DNA of 64,000 nucleotides from an uncultured Porticoccaceae bacterium (GTDB lineage Bacteria; Pseudomonadota; Gammaproteobacteria; Pseudomonadales; GM7GCV1): NCBI GenBank assembly GCA_964623085.1, contig CAZUTO010000002.1, positions 51,498 to 115,497 of the forward strand, read 5' to 3'. Shown piece by piece: positions 58,001 to 64,000 of this stretch (position 1 is its first letter; each line of letters starts with the position of its first letter). The notes under the pieces were generated by a model. It saw only the letters and a program-made list of their open reading frames with translations, ran no database searches and was not told where the DNA came from. The position numbers and the translations under genes were made by a program.

Positions 58001-58167
58001 CTAACTGGCAACCGCTAGCTAGTGCAATTGTATACGGACTGCTGTTCTCGACGCTCCTTACTCTTATTCTGACTCCAGTCATGCTTGTTTTGCCGGCAGC
58101 AGTAAGAAGTCGGCTTAGCAGAAACCGTGGCGATACCGTCGACAATCGAACTGCGAAGACCATATAG
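54997..58167 (+). CDS. RND efflux transporter permease (AcrB/AcrD/AcrF family)
   Basis: 1056 aa with 12-TM RND topology and two large periplasmic loops. Conserved TM4 region (LLALGMLIDGAIVV). Confidence 0.9.
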   Translation: MTILSAAVDRYRSTFCIAFLVVFIGLFARTETSIESFPDIAAGRATVSVFLDGISPEDNARLLIRPLEREIRGIEGVEEIDASARESLAYLLVDFEAGIDIDDALVDLREAVDRAKAELPQSAEEPVVQEISAALFPTIVVAFSGDDASERSLFQAARDMEQRIESLPDVLSADLGGNREEVLEVVIEPARLEYYNITSDELFTAVFNNNLLVPAGQLDDGSGKFAVKVPGLIETATDVYELPLKATNDGLITLGDVGEIRRTFKDAVTETTISGKKSIILSVSRRTGTNLIEVAEAVREVVNASKSELPGGVEVSFLLDQSPFTQDLVSEMEGNIVTAMGLVMVIVVAVLGFRSGVLVGLGIPFSLLFGLTVNYLIGFSFNFMVMFGMLLALGMLIDGAIVVTEYADRRMAEGMRSSDAYQTAVKRMFWPVTSSTATTLAAFLPLMLWPGVVGQFMRFLPVTVFGVLVGSLLYALLFAPVLGAVIGGGAMSEQTRKRLSELERESPYKLEGFTGRYASVLITLLRHPIKTFGASIASLTGIFFLFVFLSAGVVFYTDSEEPYATVSVRAQANFSAAETAEIVREVEQRIVEFPEVFATYATSGSADDGNTFSAPDKDTIGNIFVELYPPDTFEKKVREVFAEIDEATADMPGIYVNAFIQEAGPPVGKPIQIELQSNDIDKLIRNTRLISNHLLNEVGGLRDVVDTTPLPGIEWQMIVDRGLAAQMGANITEVGRAVQLVTNGVLVGAYRPDNAEDEVDIRVRFPEQHRGVQQLDLLRVNTQSGSVPVSSFVSREARPKVDSIKRIDGVQVMTVRADVEPGVLADDKVKEIRAWLETADVDSDVRILFRGANEEQAESFAFLGVAFTLALFLMFILLVTQFNSFYQGFLILSSVILSTAGVLLGLVVTQATFSVILTGVGIVALAGIVVNNNIVLIDTYNHVRQHEPQLDRVEAAAKAAAQRLRPVFLTTITTVLGLLPIATNLSIDLIGRDITHGGSVASNWQPLASAIVYGLLFSTLLTLILTPVMLVLPAAVRSRLSRNRGDTVDNRTAKTI

Positions 58168-58237
58168 GAATACTATATCCCTAGAAGAGAGATAGACCTG
58201 TCATCTCCCTCTATTTCCTTTCGAGAAAACGCTGAGA

Positions 58238-58265
58238 CAGCAGTATTTATAATACTGTTGGTTTT
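58238..58265. terminator. possible terminator between the convergent RND and LysR genes
   Basis: CAGCAGTATT-TAT-AATACTGTTG (one mismatch) followed by GTTTT. The stem is AT-rich and weak. Confidence 0.35.
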
Positions 58266-58273
58266 AAACCATA

Positions 58274-59176
58274 TTAAAGCAAGTGCGTCATTGTATTGAC
58301 CGATAGGAAATCTGCCTCTGCTGCACACAAAGCGATAAATTCCCGTCCGGCAGCAGATAGCGTGCGCTCTGAGTGATAGATGATGCCGAGCTGACGGCTC
58401 AATTCCACATCAAGTGGCAGTGTCACCATGTTTGCAGTAATCAATGTTTTCGGCAGTAAGCTCCATCCGAGGCCTATCTCGGTCATTTTGCTCAGCGTCT
58501 GCAGGAAGTTAGTACTCATAACAGGCCGCAGCACCAATCCCTTTCGATTAAATAGTTCTTTAAGGAGTTGCCCGGTGAAAGTACTTAAATCCGGCACGAG
58601 GCAACGGTGCTTGGCAAGCTCTGCTAGGTCAATATTTTTAGTCTGCGCGAGTGGGTGGCTCTCGGAACACACGAAGAAAAGATTATCGCGCCATAAGGGC
58701 AGGGCGGTAATCCGTGGTTTTGAACCCGGGGATAGCGTATTAACCGCAAGATCGAACTGTCCCTGTGCGATTCCTTCGTATGCCTTTTCCGAGTCACTAA
58801 AATGCACATCGAGCTCTATTGCTTTGTGCCGGTCGGTAAAATTCTTTAGCAAATTTGGCAACCGGTGCAGCCCAAGGTGATGGCTAATTGCGAGGGAGAG
58901 CGTGCCGGAGATATCGCCTGATAATGCGTTAATGTCCTGACGAGTGTTTTCGAGTTTGTTGAGAATTTCTCGCGCTCTCGGTAGTAAGAGCTCGCCCGCT
59001 TCTGTGAGAAAGACCTTTCGTGAGATGCGATCAAAAAGTTTCGTATTGAGTTGTGATTCGAGGTTGGCAATACGTTTGCTTACCGCTGGCTGAGATAAGT
59101 GAACTTGCTCCGCTGCCTCCGAAAAGCTTTTGAAATCAACCACTGCTAGAAAGACTCGAAAATCTTGCGTATCCAT
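58274..59176 (-). CDS. LysR-family transcriptional regulator
   Basis: N-terminal wHTH (FLAVVDFKSFSEAAEQVHLSQPAVSKRIANLE) plus a LysR substrate-binding domain. Confidence 0.85.
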   Translation of the reverse strand: MDTQDFRVFLAVVDFKSFSEAAEQVHLSQPAVSKRIANLESQLNTKLFDRISRKVFLTEAGELLLPRAREILNKLENTRQDINALSGDISGTLSLAISHHLGLHRLPNLLKNFTDRHKAIELDVHFSDSEKAYEGIAQGQFDLAVNTLSPGSKPRITALPLWRDNLFFVCSESHPLAQTKNIDLAELAKHRCLVPDLSTFTGQLLKELFNRKGLVLRPVMSTNFLQTLSKMTEIGLGWSLLPKTLITANMVTLPLDVELSRQLGIIYHSERTLSAAGREFIALCAAEADFLSVNTMTHLL

Positions 59177-59371
59177 TAATCGTTACCCTATAACTATAAC
59201 TTTAGACAAACCTATTAAAAGTTTACAAATCCCGCTTGGCTTTACATCCATTAACTAGCGATGACAAAGCCTCTATTTCTTTTACAGAGCATAGTGCTTC
59301 TTCACCCCTCTTAGCCTAAGCAAGCCCTATGATTCAATCTCTCAACAACAAAACCAACAAAGGTGGATATG

Positions 59372-59644
59372 ATGAAATTGCAAAAAACGCTTTCTATAAT
59401 TCTACTGGCCTCAACGATGGCTCTTTTCGCTTTTCCAGCAATGGCGAAAGATAAGAAAGAGGCAGTCGTGTTTACCACCAATATCAGCGATGAGTCTCTT
59501 GTTGGTGAATATGAGAACCTAGATACTGATTATGCTAATGAGCTCGTTAACCTGTTCTATACTCCTGCGCTTTCGATCGATTGGACGACGAATATATCAA
59601 TTGAATTAAGAGGCAGAGAGCTCATTAGGAAATCACGTATATAA
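59372..59644 (+). CDS. small exported hypothetical protein
   Basis: Signal peptide MKLQKTLSIILLASTMALFAFPAMA. GGTGG lies 5 nt before ATG 59372; the tracked start is GTG 59363. Divergent from the LysR gene. I do not recognise the family. Confidence 0.5.
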   Translation: MKLQKTLSIILLASTMALFAFPAMAKDKKEAVVFTTNISDESLVGEYENLDTDYANELVNLFYTPALSIDWTTNISIELRGRELIRKSRI

Positions 59645-59678
59645 ACTACGAGGCTACCAAAACCCTCAGGTTTTCTTA

Positions 59679-59748
59679 AATGAACTGATACCTCCCCCGA
59701 ATATTTAGTTCATTACATTTATACCCCAGCTTTGCTGGGGTTTTTTTT
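59679..59748 (+). ncRNA. candidate 3'-UTR-derived or independent sRNA: C-rich-loop hairpin plus terminator
   Basis: Stem AATGAACT/AGTTCATT (59679-59686 / 59706-59713) with a 19-nt loop containing CCTCCCCC (59691-59698). It is followed by ACATTTATA and then the terminator CCCCAGC-TTT-GCTGGGG-T8 (59724-59748). The terminator alone is high confidence; the sRNA status is speculative. Confidence 0.35.
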
Positions 59749-59902
59749 CGCCGCCATTTTGGCGTCTTTAGAGACGCGATAAACCAATGGGTAGCGGTAT
59801 TACCATGTATAACCAATAGTAATCCATTCTATCAAGCATATGAATTTATTTAATTCACTGGCCTGCTTAGACTGCGTGCTATCGATTTTAGGAATTTGAG
59901 TA

Positions 59903-61333
59903 ATGGCTGCAAAAACACTCTACGACAAACTTTGGGACTCGCATTTGGTTGAGGCGCGAGACGATGGTTCTGCGCTCATATACATTGATCGGCAGATTAT
60001 TCACGAGGTGACCTCGCCTCAAGCCTTTGAAGGTTTGAGGTTGGCTGGTAGAAAACCTTGGCGTGTCGATACCAATATTGCTACACCAGACCACAACGTC
60101 TCGACGTTAAAGTCGGAGCGGGTGAGCTACGATCAAATCACAGATGAAACCTCGCGAATCCAATTGCAAACATTGGATGAAAACTGTGATGAATTTGGTA
60201 TCGCTGAATACAAGTTAAACGATACGCGTCAGGGAATCGTACATGTTATTGGTCCTGAGTCCGGCGCAGTTTTACCGGGCATGACGGTCGTTTGTGGTGA
60301 TTCACATACATCCACATCAGGTGCATTGGGATGTTATGCCACGGGTATTGGTACCTCTGAAGTGGAGCACGTGTTAGCGACACAATGCTTAGTGACGCCA
60401 AAGATGAACAATATGCTCGTGCGTGTCGACGGCCAATTAAATACTGGTGTGACGCCCAAGGATGTGATCCTTGCCATCATTGGGAAGATTGGCACTGCCG
60501 GTGGAACAGGTTATGCGATTGAATTCGGTGGTGAAGTATTTCGCGATATGAGTATGGAAGGCCGGATGACGGTCTGTAATATGTCTATCGAGGCTGGCGC
60601 GCGTGTAGGGATGGTTGCGGTGGATGAAACAACCATTGATTACGTGAAAGGCCGTCCTTTTGCACCGACGGGCGACCTCTGGGATAAAGCAGTGGACTAT
60701 TGGCATACACTGCATTCCGATGCCGATGCGGAATTTGATCGAGTGGTCGAACTTGATGGCTCCGGGATTAAACCGCAAGTTTCATGGGGAACCTCTCCCG
60801 AGATGGTGTTGCCGGTTGATGGCGTGATTCCATCGCCAGAAGAGGGTAAAGATGATGCGCAAAAAGACGGTATACGTCGTGCCCTTGAATATATGGATCT
60901 GAAGGCTGGAACACCGATACAGAACATTCAGATTGATCGTGTGTTCATTGGGTCTTGTACCAATTCACGTATTGAGGATATGCGTGCGGCAGCGGCAGTC
61001 GTGAAAGGGCGAAAGAAGTCAGCCACTGTCAAACAGGCAATGGTTGTTCCTGGCTCTGGATTGGTTCGCGACCAGGCAGAAGCAGAGGGCTTAGATAAGC
61101 TGTTTGAGGACGCGGGATTTGAATGGCGCGAACCGGGGTGTTCGATGTGTCTGGCAATGAACGCGGACAAGCTTGAGCCGGGAGAACATTGTGCGTCTAC
61201 TTCAAACCGTAATTTCGAAGGGCGGCAAGGCTTTGGTGGTCGCACTCATCTTGTCAGCCCTGCGATGGCCGCAGCTGCGGGTATTGCTGGCCATTTCGTC
61301 AATGTGAATGATTTGATGAAGGAGGGGATTTAA
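59903..61333 (+). CDS. leuC: 3-isopropylmalate dehydratase large subunit
   Basis: [14 protein letters not shown]-terminus and aconitase-family Fe-S ligand blocks ([22 protein letters not shown]). Confidence 0.95.
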   Translation: MAAKTLYDKLWDSHLVEARDDGSALIYIDRQIIHEVTSPQAFEGLRLAGRKPWRVDTNIATPDHNVSTLKSERVSYDQITDETSRIQLQTLDENCDEFGIAEYKLNDTRQGIVHVIGPESGAVLPGMTVVCGDSHTSTSGALGCYATGIGTSEVEHVLATQCLVTPKMNNMLVRVDGQLNTGVTPKDVILAIIGKIGTAGGTGYAIEFGGEVFRDMSMEGRMTVCNMSIEAGARVGMVAVDETTIDYVKGRPFAPTGDLWDKAVDYWHTLHSDADAEFDRVVELDGSGIKPQVSWGTSPEMVLPVDGVIPSPEEGKDDAQKDGIRRALEYMDLKAGTPIQNIQIDRVFIGSCTNSRIEDMRAAAAVVKGRKKSATVKQAMVVPGSGLVRDQAEAEGLDKLFEDAGFEWREPGCSMCLAMNADKLEPGEHCASTSNRNFEGRQGFGGRTHLVSPAMAAAAGIAGHFVNVNDLMKEGI

Positions 61334-61335
61334 TA

Positions 61336-61995
61336 ATGCGCCCATTTAACCAGCATAAAGGCCTCGTCGGACCCATGGACCGTGCCAATGTCGATACCGA
61401 TATTATTATTCCCAAACAGTACCTGAAGAGTATTCGTCGCACGGGGTTTGGCGTTAACTTGTTTGACTCGGTTCGTTACCTCGATGAAGGTTGGATTGGA
61501 AAGCCGCAGTCGGAGCGCCAAATCAACCCAGAATTCGCCTTGAACCATCAGCGTTATCAAGGCGCGTCGATTCTGTTGGCACGTAAGAACTTTGGTTGCG
61601 GATCAAGTAGAGAGCATGCGCCTTGGGCGCTGGATGACTATGGTTTTCGAGCCATTATTGCGCCTAGTTTTGCTGATATATTCTTTAATAATTGCTTTAA
61701 GAATGGATTGCTTCCTATTGTTTTAAAAGAAGAAATAGTCGATATATTGTTTAGAGAGATGTATAGCGATGAAGGCTATGAGCTAGATATCGATTTGGAG
61801 GCTCAGCAAGTAACGACCCCTTCCGGAGAGCAGTACCGATTTGAGGTTGATACGTTTAGAAAGCAGTGCCTACAGAATGGGTTGGACGATATCGGATTGA
61901 CGTTAGAGAGCGCAGACAAAATAGCGGATTTTGAAGCACTAAGAGCGCAAGAATGTCCTTGGATATTCGGGCAAATCTCGCCAAACCAAATATAG
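61336..61995 (+). CDS. leuD: 3-isopropylmalate dehydratase small subunit
   Basis: [15 protein letters not shown] block. Directly follows leuC. Confidence 0.95.
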   Translation: MRPFNQHKGLVGPMDRANVDTDIIIPKQYLKSIRRTGFGVNLFDSVRYLDEGWIGKPQSERQINPEFALNHQRYQGASILLARKNFGCGSSREHAPWALDDYGFRAIIAPSFADIFFNNCFKNGLLPIVLKEEIVDILFREMYSDEGYELDIDLEAQQVTTPSGEQYRFEVDTFRKQCLQNGLDDIGLTLESADKIADFEALRAQECPWIFGQISPNQI

Positions 61996-62058
61996 CGAAT
62001 TGATTATGGAAACCATGACTAAAAGTATTAAAAAGAGCTTCGGGCGAGGAATAGGACG

Positions 62059-63138
62059 ATGAGCAGGAAAGTGCTAATCATGGAAGGTGATGGTGTTGGC
62101 CCAGAGATCATCACCGAAGCGCGTAAGATAGTGGAGGCAGTGAATCAGCGAGACTCACTGGGCATCGAGTTTTCTGAGGCGCAATTGGGTGGCAGCGCTT
62201 ACGACACTTACGGGCATCCATATCCGGACGAAACCAAAGCGAAGGCCACTGCTGCCGACGCCATTCTGTTTGGCGCTGTTGGTGGTCCGCAGTGGGATAA
62301 TGGCAAAGTAGAGCGGCATTTGAGACCAGAGCAAGGGTTGCTCGATATTCGCTCTCATCTTGAATTATTCGCGAACCTCCGTCCAGCTATGACGTTTCCG
62401 CAACTGGCGGATGCATCCTCACTCAAGAAAGAGCTTGTCGCAGGTTTAGACATACTCATCGTTCGAGAACTAACAGGTGGTATCTACTTCGGCGAACCTC
62501 GTGGAATACGCACTTTGCCATCTGGGGAGCGAGAAGGGTTTAACACTGATATTTATTCAGAAACGGAAATTCAGCGTATTGCGCATGTCGCCTTCCAGGC
62601 AGCACAAAAAAGAAACAAGCGGTTATGCTCAGTCGACAAAGCGAATGTGTTGGAAGTGACTGTGCTGTGGCGTGAAGTTTTAGAAGAAGTCAGTAAAGAG
62701 TATCCGGATGTAGAACTTACCCATATGTACGTGGACAATGCCGCCATGCAGCTGGTGGTTCACCCCAAACAGTTTGATGTCATTGTGACGGGGAATTTGT
62801 TTGGCGATATTCTTTCAGATGTCGCATCTATGCTAACAGGCTCAATTGGGATGCTGCCTTCAGCGTCGCTCGATAAAAATGGCAAAGGGTTCTACGAACC
62901 GGTTCATGGTTCAGCGCCAGATATTTCGGGCGAAGGTATCGCGAATCCATTGGCAACGATATTGTCAGCCGCGATGATGTTGCGGTATTCGCTTGCGGCA
63001 GCAGGATCTGCAGATGCGATTGAAAATGCCGTTTCAAGTGTGTTGGATCAAGGCTATCGCACCGGCGACATCTACACAGAAGGGATGACGAAAGTAAGTA
63101 CCGAGCAAATGGGTGACGCTGTGAAGGCCGCACTCTGA
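62059..63138 (+). CDS. leuB: 3-isopropylmalate dehydrogenase
   Basis: GDGVGPEI N-terminus, the LRPE block, and the NLFGDILSD signature. Confidence 0.95.
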   Translation: MSRKVLIMEGDGVGPEIITEARKIVEAVNQRDSLGIEFSEAQLGGSAYDTYGHPYPDETKAKATAADAILFGAVGGPQWDNGKVERHLRPEQGLLDIRSHLELFANLRPAMTFPQLADASSLKKELVAGLDILIVRELTGGIYFGEPRGIRTLPSGEREGFNTDIYSETEIQRIAHVAFQAAQKRNKRLCSVDKANVLEVTVLWREVLEEVSKEYPDVELTHMYVDNAAMQLVVHPKQFDVIVTGNLFGDILSDVASMLTGSIGMLPSASLDKNGKGFYEPVHGSAPDISGEGIANPLATILSAAMMLRYSLAAAGSADAIENAVSSVLDQGYRTGDIYTEGMTKVSTEQMGDAVKAAL

Positions 63139-63217
63139 GCGGTATCTACTTCAGTTTATATAAGATTGATACGCGTTCTCTAGAGGTTGCGCGTTTAAAG
63201 AGTGACGGGAGAGTAGG

Positions 63218-64000
63218 ATGTTAACGGTTGGATTTGTAGGTTGGCGTGGCATGGTTGGCTCGGTATTGATGGGACGCATGCAGGAAGAAAATGATTTTTC
63301 TAAGATAGAGCCTGTGTTCTTTTCAACTTCTCAGGTTGGTTTGGATGGCCCAAATTACGTCGGCAATGCGAGCCCACTTCGTGATGCCAATTCTATTTCT
63401 GATTTGGCGGAGATGGATGTCGTGATTACTTGCCAAGGTGGTGACTATACGAAAGCTATATTCCCTAAGCTGCGCGAATCAGGTTGGTCAGGCTATTGGA
63501 TTGATGCGGCTTCGGCGCTGCGCATGGATGACAGTGCCGTTATTGTTCTTGATCCTGTTAACGACGGGCTGATTGATCGCAGCCTCGAACGTGGTGTCAA
63601 AAACTTTGTCGGTGGTAATTGCACGGTAAGCCTGATGTTGATGGCTCTGGGTGGACTATTTACGAATGGGCATGTGGAATGGGCTACATCGATGACTTAT
63701 CAAGCTGCATCGGGTGCTGGCGCAAAAAACATGCGTGAACTGATTAATCAAATGGGTGCTGTTCGTGATTCAGTCGCCTCTGAATTGGATGATCCCGCGT
63801 CCGCGATTCTTGATATCGATCAACGCGTCGCCGAATTTATAGGCTCCAGCGCGATGCCCACCAACGAATTTGGTTTCCCATTGGCTGGAAGCTTGCTGCC
63901 TTGGATTGATGTGGAACTTGAGTCGGGTCAAAGCAAAGAGGAATGGAAGGCTGGGGTTGAAACGAACAAGATATTGGCGCGGGAAGATAATCCTATTCCA
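63218..64000 (+). CDS. asd: aspartate-semialdehyde dehydrogenase (3' end cut by window edge)
   Basis: ATG 63218 is preceded by [25 protein letters not shown] and the active-site region [11 protein letters not shown]. The frame stays open to base 64000. Confidence 0.9.
   Translation, partial: MLTVGFVGWRGMVGSVLMGRMQEENDFSKIEPVFFSTSQVGLDGPNYVGNASPLRDANSISDLAEMDVVITCQGGDYTKAIFPKLRESGWSGYWIDAASALRMDDSAVIVLDPVNDGLIDRSLERGVKNFVGGNCTVSLMLMALGGLFTNGHVEWATSMTYQAASGAGAKNMRELINQMGAVRDSVASELDDPASAILDIDQRVAEFIGSSAMPTNEFGFPLAGSLLPWIDVELESGQSKEEWKAGVETNKILAREDNPIP

Noticed and set aside
59749-59902. Search for a leucine-rich leader peptide or attenuator upstream of leuC.
   Set aside because: No short ORF with consecutive Leu codons is present, and there are no alternative hairpins. 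The only strong hairpin (59724-59748) terminates the upstream gene.

Overview
This 64-kb window looks like a chromosomal segment from a gammaproteobacterium, probably marine. That call is an inference from gene order shared with Pseudomonas and Oceanospirillales-type genomes: bioBFHCD, ypjD-ffh-rpsP-rimM-trmD-rplS, xerD-dsbC-hom-thrC-recJ, tesA-ybbA-ybbP, tadA-mltF-purL and leuCDB-asd. I call about 60 protein-coding genes, most of them housekeeping. I found no rRNA, tRNA, CRISPR array, IS element or prophage. The accessory-looking content sits in two places. One is a single-gene insertion between tadA and mltF. The other is a block between ybbP and greB (42.0-48.8 kb) made up mostly of exported proteins. 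The finding I rate highest is non-coding. Between an SPFH/NfeD operon and an RND efflux pair, a 169-bp unit occurs twice with perfect identity. Each copy ends in a stem-loop that displays a 15-nt anti-Shine-Dalgarno loop (UUUCUCCUCCUCCUU), followed by an A/U-rich tract and an intrinsic terminator, so this looks like a tandem pair of sRNA genes. A third element with the same layout but unrelated sequence lies upstream of leuC. Other points worth a second look are: a four-gene exported operon (sulfatase, dihaem cytochrome c4, beta-trefoil protein, cupin) in which two proteins carry Gly/Met-rich C-terminal tails; two diverged paralogues of the beta-trefoil protein 32 kb apart; a divergent pair of Tat-signal enzymes (flavin amine oxidase lipoprotein and aldo/keto reductase); and a predicted BirA operator in front of bioB. 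All functional calls come from reading motifs in the supplied translations and the DNA. No database search was possible.
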